A stretch of 64,000 nt of DNA from Longimicrobiales bacterium (GCA_965219445.1 CBDCNQ010000004.1:608001-672000); one strand, 5' to 3'. Shown: positions 1 through 9,773, counted from the first letter of the stretch. A program made the numbers and translations. Notes: generated by a model not told the origin, from the sequence alone.

Positions 1-1283
1 ACCGAATAGGCGAAATCGATAGGCGTGGCACCCGTGGGGAGCTGTTTGACCTCACCCTTGGGCGTGAACATGAAGATCTCGCCCTGGAAGAGGTCCATCC
101 GAAGGAATTCCATGAACTCCTCCGGCTCACTCGTATCCTTTTGCCAATCGAGCACCTGCCGGAACCAGGTCAGTGCCTCATCGACTTCATCCGCGTCACC
201 GCCCGGCTCCGCTTGAGTGAGCCCCTCCTTGTAGCGCCAATGAGCCGCGATCCCGTACTCCGCGGTCCGGTGCATCTCATGGCTCCGGATCTGAATCTCG
301 TATCGGCGTCCCCCGGGTCCGATGACCGTCGTGTGGAGGGACTGATACATGTTGGATTTAGGCGTCGCGATGAAGTCGTGAAATCGCTCCTGAACGGGCG
401 TCCACTTGTTGTGCATGACGCCTAGCGCGGCGTAACAGTTTTGCACGTCATCGGTTAGCACGCGCATGGCCATCAGGTCGTAGATTTCCTCGTACGGCAG
501 GTCTCGGCTCACCATCTTGCTGTAGATGGACCAGAGGTGCTTGGGACGCCCAGTCAACTCGGCGGGGACGCCTGCCTCCGCGAGCGCCTCGGCGAGTGGC
601 GTCTGCATCTCCAGAACCTGCCGCTCTCGCTCTTTTCTTCTTTGACGAACCTTCTTTCTCAGTGCCTCGTACGCTTCCGGCTCGAGGTATTTGAAAGCCG
701 AGTCCTCGAGTTCCCACCGGATCGCGGCCATTCCGAGGCGATGGGCCAAGGGTGCGTAAATCTCCCTCGTCTCCAGGGCGATCCGGCGCTGCTTTTCCTC
801 CGTGAGCGCGTCCAGAGTCCGCATGTTGTGGAGACGGTCGGCCAGCTTGACCAAAATGACTCGCGCATCCCGTGCCATCGACAAGAGGAGCTTGCGGTAG
901 TTCTCGACCTGCTGCTCTGAATTCGAGCGGAATTCCACACGGCCGATCTTGGTGAGCCCGTCGACAATCGTCGCGACGTTCTCGCCAAAGCGCTTTTCGA
1001 TGTCCGACACCGAAACGCCCGTGTCCTCCACGACGTCGTGGACGAGGCCCGAGACCAGGGACTCGGTGTCGAGACCGAACGTCGCGAGGATGGTCGCCAC
1101 TTCGACCGCGTGACTGACGAAATCGTCGCCCGACGCCCTTCGCTGACCCGAGTGGGCCTCCCGTGCCAGATCGTACGCGTCCCGCACGGCGTCGACATCG
1201 AGGCGGTCGGAGTACGCCTCCATAGCCCGTGCCAGGGGCCTCGGAAGTCCACGGATGGTAGCTGTAGCAGTTGCGGTAGCCAT
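1..1283 (-). CDS. relA: Bifunctional (p)ppGpp synthetase/hydrolase RelA/SpoT; C-terminal part runs off the window
   Basis: Manual translation from ATG at 1283 (MATATATATIRGLPRPLARAMEAYSDRLD...) gives the HD domain (LVHDVVEDT, VKLADRLHNMRTL, YAPLAHRLG) and the synthetase motifs (GRPKHLWSIYSKM, YQSLHTTV, EIQIRSHEMHRTAEYGIAAHWRYK). No stop occurs before position 1, so it is absent from the ORF track. Confidence 0.95.
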   Translation of the reverse strand, partial: MATATATATIRGLPRPLARAMEAYSDRLDVDAVRDAYDLAREAHSGQRRASGDDFVSHAVEVATILATFGLDTESLVSGLVHDVVEDTGVSVSDIEKRFGENVATIVDGLTKIGRVEFRSNSEQQVENYRKLLLSMARDARVILVKLADRLHNMRTLDALTEEKQRRIALETREIYAPLAHRLGMAAIRWELEDSAFKYLEPEAYEALRKKVRQRRKERERQVLEMQTPLAEALAEAGVPAELTGRPKHLWSIYSKMVSRDLPYEEIYDLMAMRVLTDDVQNCYAALGVMHNKWTPVQERFHDFIATPKSNMYQSLHTTVIGPGGRRYEIQIRSHEMHRTAEYGIAAHWRYKEGLTQAEPGGDADEVDEALTWFRQVLDWQKDTSEPEEFMEFLRMDLFQGEIFMFTPKGEVKQLPTGATPIDFAYS

Positions 1284-1363
1284 CCCTGAGCTACCCGAAT
1301 CACGCTCGTCTGTTTCCGGGAACGGCCCGTATCCATACTTAGCTCACGCTCTCGGACTACCCC

Positions 1364-2047
1364 CTATCCCAACCAACCGTCATCGGCCAGGGAAGCGAAT
1401 CGGCCGTCTCCGATCACCACGTGATCGATGACCGAAATCCCCACGTTGCGACCCGCCGCGCTGAGCTGCTTCGTCACAGCATGATCCTCGGCCGAGGGCG
1501 TCGGATCTCCCGAGGGATGATTGTGCACCAGGATGATGGCCGCCGCACTCTCGGTGATCGCGGGGCGAAACACTTCACGAGGGTGGATCAAGGACGCATC
1601 CAGGATACCCCTTGTAATGAAGACCTCCCGGATCACGCTGTGGCGTGCTGAAAGGAGGAGGGCGTGGAACTCTTCCTGCGGGAGGTCGCGGAGGCGCGGT
1701 TCCATACGATCGAACACGTCCCTAGGGCCGCGCACGCGTTCGCCTGGATTACGAATTTCCGCGCTCGCCCGTCGGCCCAGCTCGAGAGCTGCCGTAATCC
1801 GGGCCCCGGTGGCGATGCCCACTCCGGGGATCGCTGCGATCGATGACGGTGAAACCGACCCCAGGGCCCGTAGCGAGCCCGACACACTCGCCAGCACGTC
1901 GTCCGCGATTCCGAGAGCAGAAGCCCGGCGGCCCCCGCTTCCCACCAAGAGGGCTACCAGCTCACGACCCGTGAGCGCCTCCGGCCCCAGTGCGTTCAGG
2001 CGCTCACGGGGCCGCTCGCCGGGGGGGAGGTCACCTAGAGAGGGCAT
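1364..2047 (-). CDS. radC: RadC-family JAB domain protein
   Basis: ERPRERL...GPEALTGREL N-terminus, HhH-like segment, and JAB motif HPREVF...HNHPSGDPTPSAED...DHVVIG. Confidence 0.95.
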   Translation of the reverse strand: MPSLGDLPPGERPRERLNALGPEALTGRELVALLVGSGGRRASALGIADDVLASVSGSLRALGSVSPSSIAAIPGVGIATGARITAALELGRRASAEIRNPGERVRGPRDVFDRMEPRLRDLPQEEFHALLLSARHSVIREVFITRGILDASLIHPREVFRPAITESAAAIILVHNHPSGDPTPSAEDHAVTKQLSAAGRNVGISVIDHVVIGDGRFASLADDGWLG

Positions 2048-2241
2048 TCATTGAAAATCGCCCCCCGGTGCTCATTCCTTTGGGATTCATCCGATAGGAA
2101 CTCCTCCCACGAGAACTCGTCCGCCGTCAGGTAATCCCATTCGCGCAACGCCTCCAATACCGCCAGCAGTGCCTCCTCTTCGACCCTCACCTCATCGAGT
2201 AGGGTCTCGATGTCATTCCAGGGGTCGCTTCGTCTCGACAT
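2035..2241 (-). CDS. Small acidic hypothetical protein (68 aa)
   Basis: ATG preceded by GGAGG Shine-Dalgarno; overlaps the radC start by 13 nt; very Glu/Asp-rich; no family recognised. Confidence 0.55.
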   Translation of the reverse strand: MSRRSDPWNDIETLLDEVRVEEEALLAVLEALREWDYLTADEFSWEEFLSDESQRNEHRGAIFNECPL

Positions 2242-2333
2242 GGACTTTCCTCCATTATCCGGGCCGTTGAGGACGTAAGAGAGGGGGTGTGGGTGGGCGA
2301 GTGAATGTCCTCACGAGACTACGTGGTGGGCGG

Positions 2334-2422
2334 AGAGAGGGCTTACCGTCCCGCTCCGGTCAGCGCTTGGCTCTACCGCCTGCGGCGGCAGACTGCCCTG
2401 CGCGGAACGGTAAGTCCCTCTT
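2334..2422 (-). repeat. REP-like palindromic element, copy A
   Basis: Imperfect outer inverted repeat AGAGAGGGCTTACCGTCCCGC / GCGGAACGGTAAGTCCCTCTT. Minus-strand core CAGGGCAG-TCTGCCGCC-GCA-GGCGGTAGA-GCCAAGCGCTGACCGGAG matches copy B. Confidence 0.7.
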
Positions 2423-2615
2423 CATGTCAGCGATTGGGGCGGGCACGAACAGACCGCTCTCCGGGAAACGTTGGCGGGGCGGTGCGCTTTCCCAGCCACC
2501 CCTCCCTCGCCCGCGCGCGGGGAGAGCCTGGGCGTCAAGGTCATTCCCGCCATCTGCCCATGTCGCGCTCAGTGTGGGCTTGGGCGGGTGGGTTCGGCTC
2601 CAGAGAACACGCGCG

Positions 2616-2706
2616 GGGAGAGGGATCCAGGGTCCTAAGCAGGGCAGTCCGCGGCGAAGCCGTGGAGCGAAGCGCTGACCGGAGGAGGACCGTCGATCCC
2701 TCTCCC
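2616..2706 (+). repeat. REP-like palindromic element, copy B
   Basis: Perfect 12-bp outer stem GGGAGAGGGATC / GATCCCTCTCCC enclosing CAGGGCAG-TCCGCGGC-GAA-GCCGTGGA-GCGAAGCGCTGACCGGAG. The same core recurs at 61221 and 61331. Confidence 0.8.
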
Positions 2707-2729
2707 ACCAGCACGCGAAAAGGGCGCCG

Positions 2730-5700
2730 CTAGGCCCCCCCGCCATGGCACCTCTTGTACTTTTTGCCCGACCCACACGGACATGGATCATTCCGCCCCG
2801 GTTCCTTGGTGGCGGTCACTGGTGCCCGGACGCGTTCCCCCTCCCCGCGGTTCGTGACCAACTCTCTTGGATCCTGCGGTGAGGGCACACCACCCACCGA
2901 GCCAAGAGGGACGGTTCGACCGAGACCCGGTCCCTCCCCTCGCGCTCTCTGAACCATGCCCAGATCGTCCACTCGGCTTCCGCTACCGGTTGTCTGAGTG
3001 CGATTGCCGGCCGCCGCTGCCGCTTGGGCAATCGCCCCCGTGCTTGCACCTCCGTCCTCCGACGGGCCGGAGTACTGGATTCTCTGGGGCTGGCGCATGG
3101 GCTGGCGCGGCTGCCCGAGCTGGGCCTTGAAGACCAGGTTTCCGACCGTCCCGCGAAGGTCGTTCATGAGGTCCACGAACATTTCGTAGGCCTCCTTCTT
3201 GTATTCGACGAGCGGGTCCTTCTGTCCCCATCCCCGGAACCCGATCGAGGCCTTGAGGTGATCCAGGTCGTAGAGGTGATCCTTCCACTTGCCGTCGATA
3301 ACGCTGAGCATGATGTAGCTGGTGACACCCTCGGCATGCTCCCCGAAACCCTCGATCTTTCGCTGAAACTGTTCGTGGACCGAGTCCACGGCCATCTGCT
3401 GAATTTCGTGCACCTCTAGCCCGTGCTCCGAGTCATTTTCGTCCGGAAGCTCTGCTAGAACGGCGAGGTAATCGAGCGAGATCCGCCGCTTGAGTCCCGC
3501 GAGGTCCCACTCCTCCTCGTGCTCGAAATCCAGGTACTCGTCCGCCGTGGATTGAACCGAGTGCTCGATCATTTCCCACATCTCGCCTTTCAGATCCTCT
3601 CCCCCCTCCAGCGCGAAGAGGCGGCGATCGTAGATGACCTCGCGCTGCTGATTCATCACATCGTCGTAGTCCAGCAGGCGCTTGCGAGACTCGAAGTTGT
3701 TCCCCTCCACCCTCTTCTGAGCGGTCTCGATGGAGCGGGTCACCAGAGGGTGCGTGATGACCTCTCCCTCGGAGGCGCCCAACTTGTCCATGGCGTTTGC
3801 CAGGCGGTCGCCGACGAACAGCCGCATCAGGTCGTCTTCCACCGAGATGAAGAACTGGGAAGCCCCGGGATCGCCCTGGCGGCCGGAACGGCCGCGAAGC
3901 TGACGGTCGATCCTTCGGGACTCGTGCCGCTCAGACCCGAGGATGTGGAGCCCGCCCACCTGAATGACGTAGTCGTCGGGTTTACCCTCGAAATCTATCT
4001 CGCGCGTAGGATCAACCGGCGCCAACTCCGCGAGATCCAGACCGCGTCTCTTCGCCCACCCCACCGTGCGGGCCTCGACCACACCCTCACCCAGTTTGAT
4101 GTCGGTTCCCCGTCCAGCCATGTTCGTGGCGATCGTCACGGCCCCCGCACGGCCCGCTTCCGCAACGATCTCGGACTCCTGTTTATGCTGTTTGGCGTTC
4201 AAGACGTTGTGCGGGAGCCCACGGCGCTTGAGCATCCGCGAGAGCGTCTCTGAGATTTCGACGTTCGTGGTTCCCACGAGCACGGGGAGCTCCATCGTGT
4301 GGAGCCGCTCGATTTCGTCCATGAGCGCCTGATATTTTTCACTCTTGGTCCGAAAGATCAGGTCGTCACGGTCGTCACGGATGATCGGTCGATTGGTCGG
4401 GATCACGAATACATCGAGCTTATAGATCTGGTGGAACTCGTTCTCCTCGGTCTCCGCCGTTCCGGTCATTCCGGCCAGCTTTTCGTACATCCGGAAGTAG
4501 TTCTGGATGGTGATCGTGGCGAGCGTCTGGGTCTCGCCCTTGATCTCCACGCCTTCCTTGGCCTCCACCGCCTGATGGAGCCCGTCGCTCCAACGCCGGC
4601 CGGACATTTGGCGACCGGTAAACTCGTCGACGATCACGATCTCCCCGCCTTCACCGATGATGTACTTCTCGTCCTTCTGGAAGAGGGTGTATGCCTTCAG
4701 AAGCTGATGGATGATGTGGATTTTCTCGCTCTTGGTGGCGTACTCGGCCTCGAGCCGTGACCTCATCTCCCGCTTGGCGTCGACCGACCGAAATTCGTCT
4801 TCCTCGATGGTGCCCATCGCCTCGGACAGGTCGGGGACAACGAAGGCATCCGGGTCTCCCGGGGAGAGTTCGTCGAGACCCGCATCGGAGAGGTGGACAC
4901 TGTGCCCCTTTTCGTCCATCGCGAAGTAGAGCAGTTCGTCGACTTCGAACAGGCGCTTCTCACGCATGTAGTCGCCCTCAACCTTGAGGACGAGCTTCTG
5001 CAGCCCCGGATCGTCGGCAAAGAGCTTGAGAAGACGCTTGTTGCGTGGGCCGCCGCGTTTTGCCGCCAACAGCTTTTCGCCCGCCTCGAACTCGTTGCCG
5101 GCCTCAAGCTCCTTTTCGGCCTCGGCGATGAGTTCGCTCACCACGCGCGTCTGCTTCTTGTACAGGTTACCGACCCGCGCGTTGTACTCCTTGAAGGGAG
5201 TCGAGGTGTCGCGGCCCACCGGACCCGAGATGATGAGCGGGGTGCGTGCCTCGTCGATGAGAATCGAGTCCACTTCGTCGATGATCGCATACCAGTACCG
5301 CCGCTGCACGCGCTGTTCCAGCGCGTGCACCATATTGTCACGGAGATAGTCGAACCCGAATTCATTGTTGGTACCGTAGGTGATGTCCGACGCGTAACCC
5401 GCGGTCCGCTCCGGCGAGTGGGGCTCGTACTTGTCGATGCAATCAACGGTGAGGCCGAGGTAGCTGTAGATGTATCCCATCCACTCGGCGTCCCGCTGCG
5501 CCAGGTAGGTGTTCACCGTCACCAGGTGCGCGCCCTCGCCCACGAGAGCATTGAGGTAGAGCGGCATGGTGGCCACGAGGGTCTTTCCCTCCCCGGTCGC
5601 CATCTCGGCCACCTTGCCCCTGTGCAGTGCGATGGCTCCGACGAGCTGGACGTCGTACGGGACCATGTCCCAGACCATCGTCTGGCCCGTGACCGACACC

Positions 5701-6074
5701 TCAGTGCCCAGGAGGCGGCGGCAGGTTTCCTTGACGGTCGCAAAGGCCTCGGGGAGGATTTCGTCGAGCACATCGGCGGTCTGCGCGACCAGCCGTTCAT
5801 CGAGATCGGCCAGGGCCTCCTGCAGCTCCTGCCGTCTGATTGGATCCTCCGAATGGCGCTTTTCTTCCCGAAGCTCTTCGATCTCGTCCTTGATCTCAGC
5901 GGTGGCCTCGGCGATGTACGCCCTCAATTCCTCCGTCTTGCCCTTGAGCTGCTCGTCAGAGAGCGACTGGTATTCCTCGAACAGCTCGTTGATCTGGTCG
6001 ACCAGCGGCTGGAGCTTCTTCGCCTCGCGGATGTGCCGCGACCCGAGGATCTTCTTTACTACGGCCTTCATCAT
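2730..6074 (-). CDS. secA: Preprotein translocase ATPase SecA
   Basis: MATGEGKTL, IIDEVDSILIDEARTPLIISG, ATNMAGRGTDI, QLRGRSGRQGDPG, C-terminal SEC-C (RNDPCPCGSGKKYKRCHG). Start placed at ATG 6074; TTG 6080 is possible. Confidence 0.98.
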   Translation of the reverse strand: MMKAVVKKILGSRHIREAKKLQPLVDQINELFEEYQSLSDEQLKGKTEELRAYIAEATAEIKDEIEELREEKRHSEDPIRRQELQEALADLDERLVAQTADVLDEILPEAFATVKETCRRLLGTEVSVTGQTMVWDMVPYDVQLVGAIALHRGKVAEMATGEGKTLVATMPLYLNALVGEGAHLVTVNTYLAQRDAEWMGYIYSYLGLTVDCIDKYEPHSPERTAGYASDITYGTNNEFGFDYLRDNMVHALEQRVQRRYWYAIIDEVDSILIDEARTPLIISGPVGRDTSTPFKEYNARVGNLYKKQTRVVSELIAEAEKELEAGNEFEAGEKLLAAKRGGPRNKRLLKLFADDPGLQKLVLKVEGDYMREKRLFEVDELLYFAMDEKGHSVHLSDAGLDELSPGDPDAFVVPDLSEAMGTIEEDEFRSVDAKREMRSRLEAEYATKSEKIHIIHQLLKAYTLFQKDEKYIIGEGGEIVIVDEFTGRQMSGRRWSDGLHQAVEAKEGVEIKGETQTLATITIQNYFRMYEKLAGMTGTAETEENEFHQIYKLDVFVIPTNRPIIRDDRDDLIFRTKSEKYQALMDEIERLHTMELPVLVGTTNVEISETLSRMLKRRGLPHNVLNAKQHKQESEIVAEAGRAGAVTIATNMAGRGTDIKLGEGVVEARTVGWAKRRGLDLAELAPVDPTREIDFEGKPDDYVIQVGGLHILGSERHESRRIDRQLRGRSGRQGDPGASQFFISVEDDLMRLFVGDRLANAMDKLGASEGEVITHPLVTRSIETAQKRVEGNNFESRKRLLDYDDVMNQQREVIYDRRLFALEGGEDLKGEMWEMIEHSVQSTADEYLDFEHEEEWDLAGLKRRISLDYLAVLAELPDENDSEHGLEVHEIQQMAVDSVHEQFQRKIEGFGEHAEGVTSYIMLSVIDGKWKDHLYDLDHLKASIGFRGWGQKDPLVEYKKEAYEMFVDLMNDLRGTVGNLVFKAQLGQPRQPMRQPQRIQYSGPSEDGGASTGAIAQAAAAAGNRTQTTGSGSRVDDLGMVQRARGEGPGLGRTVPLGSVGGVPSPQDPRELVTNRGEGERVRAPVTATKEPGRNDPCPCGSGKKYKRCHGGGA

Positions 6075-6122
6075 GCTCAATAGATTTTCGCCCGTCCGAG
6101 AGTGCTCCTGGGTGACACGGTT

Positions 6123-6341
6123 TCACCCCTTCTGGCCCGCGCTTACCCCCAAGCCAATAAACTTGTACCAAAAGCGTTCGTGCAGGTAGTAGAGCAACAT
6201 CTTTACGAAGAGTTCGACCGTGCCCACCTCGAGCCCTACCGTCCAGTCGCCGGTCACCCACCACGCGATGAACACCGTTGCCGTCGTAGCCACGCCCCTC
6301 CACGTCACTGCTTTGATCGCGTGCCTCTTACGTGAAATCAT
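6123..6341 (-). CDS. DUF2061-like small membrane protein
   Basis: KAVTWR..AT..T..IAW.VTG.......G..E...K..LYY.HER.W pattern typical of DUF2061. Confidence 0.8.
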   Translation of the reverse strand: MISRKRHAIKAVTWRGVATTATVFIAWWVTGDWTVGLEVGTVELFVKMLLYYLHERFWYKFIGLGVSAGQKG

Positions 6342-6401
6342 TGATCTCCCATCTCGCTTTGGTCGTGATCGTGGGCCCGGCACCGGGGCACACGTACCTG
6401 T

Positions 6402-7022
6402 TTACTCGACGTACAGATTCTCCCGCTCGATAATGTCCGCCACACCCACGGGCACAAGATGCCGGTAGGGCAGTCCTTCCCGGACCCGTCTTCGAACGTC
6501 CGAAGAAGAGACATCGACACGCGGCACGTCCGCCTCACTCCATACCACGTCGAATCGAGGCAGAAACGTAGCGAGCTCGACACCGTCACGGGGCACCACG
6601 CACACATCCGCGAGCCGAACGACTTCCTCCGGCTCGTGCCACTCTGCCAATTCCGCGAACTGATCCGAGCCTATGATAAGCACCGGGATGGCCTCCGGGC
6701 ACTCCGAGCGGAGTGCCCTCAGCGTATCGACTGTGTAGGACGGTCCCTCTCTCCGAAGCTCAATATCGCTCACACTCTGATGAGCACACCCGTCCACCGC
6801 GGCACGCACCATCTCCATCCGGAGCTTGGATGATGTGGGCCTGCTCACCGGCTTGTGAGGGGGAACTCGAGCGGGGATCCACAGAATCTCGTCTAGCGCC
6901 CCGGACTCCTGGAGCTCCCCTGCTACCGAGACGTGGCCGATATGAGGAGGATCGAATGTGCCCCCGAAGACGCCGAGCCGTACGGGGCGGTCCTCTTGGG
7001 GCTCCGCACTAGACTCCGCCAT
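6402..7022 (-). CDS. nadD: Nicotinate-nucleotide adenylyltransferase
   Basis: GVFGGTFDPPHIGH, PPHK, SYTVDTL, IIGSDQ, VSSSDVRRR. Start placed at the ATG overlapping the bamD end. Confidence 0.95.
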   Translation of the reverse strand: MAESSAEPQEDRPVRLGVFGGTFDPPHIGHVSVAGELQESGALDEILWIPARVPPHKPVSRPTSSKLRMEMVRAAVDGCAHQSVSDIELRREGPSYTVDTLRALRSECPEAIPVLIIGSDQFAELAEWHEPEEVVRLADVCVVPRDGVELATFLPRFDVVWSEADVPRVDVSSSDVRRRVREGLPYRHLVPVGVADIIERENLYVE

Positions 7023-7752
7023 CTTCGAGCAGCAGCTGGGCCGGCTCAGAATCCGGGTAAGCCTCTTGGAGCAGGTCCCGAGTCGCTTCGACGTCCCTCT
7101 GGTACCCGATCCGGCCGAAAACATCGACCATCTGATACAGTGCCCAGGGCGCCCATTCGGTGTCTGAGAACTCGTCTGCCACCTCTTCGAAGTAGAGCAG
7201 CGCCGAATCCAAGAGACCTCGCTTCAGGTAGTGGAGCCCCGTGTCGTAATCCTGCTCGGCAAGCTTGAGCATCATTTCGTCTGCCAGTCGCGCCGCCTCG
7301 AGCCCCATTAGGGTCCCGGCAAAGTCCCCCGCCACCTGCCGGCACTGGAGCCTGGCCTGTCGGGTGAACGCTTGGTCCCTCTGGATAACGGGTGACAGGC
7401 GCACCAGTGAGCGGCAGACCCCGAGCGCGGCCGTAACCGCAACGGTGTCAGCCGGCCAACGGTCGATCACGCGCTGATACTCGCTCCGGGCCTCGATGTA
7501 TCGCTCGTTTGAAAACTGCACTTCGGCAAGTAGGAGCCGGGCTTCAGCTGCGCGGTTGAAGCCCGGTGAAAGGAGGACGTACTCGAAGGCCTCCGCTGCC
7601 TCCCCCCACTCCTCCTGCTCTCTGGCCTGGAGCCCTAAGGCAAATACCTCCTCAGTCGTGAGCCCCGGGTATGGGAGACTTCCCCCGCAGGCGGCAAAGA
7701 ATAGAGAGGAGGCCAGACAAAGTAAGAGTATTCGTGGAACAGGGTTTGTCAT
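7009..7752 (-). CDS. bamD: Outer membrane protein assembly factor BamD (TPR lipoprotein)
   Basis: Lipobox FFAAC; TPR helices; RDQAFTRQA and LAEQDYDTGLHYLKRG...A..YF motifs typical of BamD/YfiO. Confidence 0.8.
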   Translation of the reverse strand: MTNPVPRILLLCLASSLFFAACGGSLPYPGLTTEEVFALGLQAREQEEWGEAAEAFEYVLLSPGFNRAAEARLLLAEVQFSNERYIEARSEYQRVIDRWPADTVAVTAALGVCRSLVRLSPVIQRDQAFTRQARLQCRQVAGDFAGTLMGLEAARLADEMMLKLAEQDYDTGLHYLKRGLLDSALLYFEEVADEFSDTEWAPWALYQMVDVFGRIGYQRDVEATRDLLQEAYPDSEPAQLLLEDGGV

Positions 7753-7883
7753 GGGTCTGAACTACACCGCCGACCTAATGTGGTGTTCCAGAAATGTCTC
7801 GGCCATTCAGGTTCGTGAAAAGCGGCCCTAATCTTCGTCGGATCACCGGGGGGAAGGCAATGGGCCGAAGAGTGCCGCCGTTC

Positions 7884-8651
7884 TTACGAATCCAGGGACG
7901 CGAGGTAGGCTAGAATTCGGCGGTCGTCGGGATTCTGTTCGGCACAGAGCTCCCATTGCTGCCGCGCTCGATCCGTGTCGCCCAACCGACTTAGGAGGGC
8001 TCCCAACCGCACGCGGGCACCGATAAAGTTCGGATTCGCCACGAGGATCTCTTCCAGGTGAGTGAGGGCTTCGCCCAGCATGTTGAGATCCATATATGCC
8101 TCGGCGAGCTTGAACCGGAGGTCCAGAAAGTTGGGCCGGACCTCCACGGCCGCCGCATATTCCGTTGCTGCCTCTTCGGGGCGATCCGCGGCCATGTAGA
8201 GATCGCCGGTCTTCGCGTGCGCATTCGCGAGCTGGTTCCCCATGTGGGAGGGGAACGCACGGGAATCGCGGAGATCCAACGCGCTGGCACGATGGAAGCA
8301 CTCAGAGGCCTCGTCGTGTCGGTTCAAGTCGTTGAGAACGATGGCGCGGTTCATGAGGGCTTCGGCGTAGCAATCGTTGACTTCGAGCGCCTCATCGAAC
8401 TGTTCGAGGGCCCCCTCTGGATCCCCCATCATGGCTAGGCAAAGTCCCGCCCGATTACGTATGTCAGCGAAGTTGGGATGGTCCTGAAGGATCGCTCGAA
8501 AGTGCTGGTAGGCAGCCGTGAAGTCGTCCTGCTCCCAGGCGGCATTTCCGAAGGCTATCGTCTGTCGAACTGACGGGTCCAGGGCCTGGGATCCGGGGCC
8601 ACTCGTCGGGCGCTCGTACCCGACGTCGGCTTTCTTCTTTCTAGGGCTCAC
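7884..8651 (-). CDS. Tetratricopeptide repeat protein
   Basis: Repeated TPR units (HPNFADIRNRAG, NDCYAEALMNRA, RPNFLDLRFKLA, NPNFIGARVRLG). Start placed at the GTG just after the upstream stop (uncertain). Confidence 0.85.
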   Translation of the reverse strand: MSPRKKKADVGYERPTSGPGSQALDPSVRQTIAFGNAAWEQDDFTAAYQHFRAILQDHPNFADIRNRAGLCLAMMGDPEGALEQFDEALEVNDCYAEALMNRAIVLNDLNRHDEASECFHRASALDLRDSRAFPSHMGNQLANAHAKTGDLYMAADRPEEAATEYAAAVEVRPNFLDLRFKLAEAYMDLNMLGEALTHLEEILVANPNFIGARVRLGALLSRLGDTDRARQQWELCAEQNPDDRRILAYLASLDS

Positions 8652-8653
8652 GT

Positions 8654-9622
8654 TCAGCAGCCTGAACCCAATCCGCCACCCGTGGGTCCCACGAAACGAA
8701 GCTCGTCGTACCGCCATTGGGCGCGCTCGACCAAGGGGCTCGTACCCGTTTGGTCCACACGACGGACCTCGAGGAAGGCCTCCATGGCCTCTTCGCATCG
8801 GCCCAGATCGGAGAGGATCTCGCCCATCTCGAAATGCGCCACCGCCTGCTGGCTTCGGGGCTCGCCCAGGGCGATCGTACGCTCGATATGGACAAAGGCC
8901 TCCTCGTCCACACCCTCCGATCGTAATTCCTGAGCCAGGCGAAGCGAGCAACTGCCGATTTTCCAATCGACCTCACCGCGCTGGTAGCGGGAAATCAGCG
9001 CTCGGTACTCCTCATAGTAGAGCAGCGCCCGCCTACAATCCCCGACCTCGTCATAGGCGGAAGCAGCCTCGAAGACCACGTCTGGGATGGTGTCCCCCTC
9101 CATGCCCGCGATCGATGTCTGGTAGTAGGGGAGTGCCGTGGCGTACTCGCCGCTCCGGAAGTAGTGGCGCGCGAGGGGCAACGCCATGTCCTGCATGGTG
9201 ACGCCCGGTCGGAAGGACATGGCCGTCTCCATCGCGGAGGCGAGGCCGAAGAGGTCGTCCCGGTCACGAGCCGCACGGGCCAAACGTACCATATCGGAAA
9301 CCGCCTGGTCCGTGAACCCCGGATCCTGTTCAACGGCCCGATGATAGAAATCCCCCGCCTCGTCGATACGGCCCATTTCGGCATACGTATGCGCGACGCG
9401 AGCCAGGGCCGGGGCGTCGTCCGAGCCCCGGCGAACCGCCAACCGGTACTCCGCCAGTGCGGCATCCAGATCACCCCGCGCATAGGCTTCGTCGCCGCGG
9501 AGGATGGAAGACTCGTCTCCACTGCTCGCATAACAGGCGCTGAGCAGCGTCGAGGCGATGACCATGCCGGCGAGGACGAGCCTCGCGGGTGCTAAACACT
9601 TGTCTACGGTTGGGTGGTTCAT
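8654..9622 (-). CDS. TPR-containing lipoprotein
   Basis: Signal peptide with lipobox LLSAC, followed by multiple TPR-like helices. Confidence 0.8.
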   Translation of the reverse strand: MNHPTVDKCLAPARLVLAGMVIASTLLSACYASSGDESSILRGDEAYARGDLDAALAEYRLAVRRGSDDAPALARVAHTYAEMGRIDEAGDFYHRAVEQDPGFTDQAVSDMVRLARAARDRDDLFGLASAMETAMSFRPGVTMQDMALPLARHYFRSGEYATALPYYQTSIAGMEGDTIPDVVFEAASAYDEVGDCRRALLYYEEYRALISRYQRGEVDWKIGSCSLRLAQELRSEGVDEEAFVHIERTIALGEPRSQQAVAHFEMGEILSDLGRCEEAMEAFLEVRRVDQTGTSPLVERAQWRYDELRFVGPTGGGLGSGC

Positions 9623-9773
9623 GAGAGCAATGTACCGCAAACTTTGGGCCGGGATCCCTGGGGACCGGCGGGGCGTACGTGGCGGGGGACCTCTTTCATG
9701 ATTGTTGACACGCTCCGAAAAGGCAATTAGCAAGTGAGTAGCACGCCACTTTCTCCAACCCTGAGGATACCTC

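Noticed and set aside
659..1336. 225-aa minus-strand ORF in the track as a gene or as evidence of a relA frameshift
   Set aside because: It is an alternative frame. The RelA/SpoT frame is continuous from ATG 1283 to the window edge.
1364..2047. radC as a marker of a mobile element
   Set aside because: It is the full-length chromosomal type in a housekeeping context, with no integrase or transposase nearby.
2289..2791. 130-143-aa ORFs between secA and the acidic microprotein
   Set aside because: Arg/Gly/Pro-rich translations of palindromic repeat DNA, with no RBS or domain support.
9705..9733. Sigma70 promoter for the OMP gene (TTGACA-17-TAGCAA)
   Set aside because: Perfect -35 but a poor -10; not enough to call.
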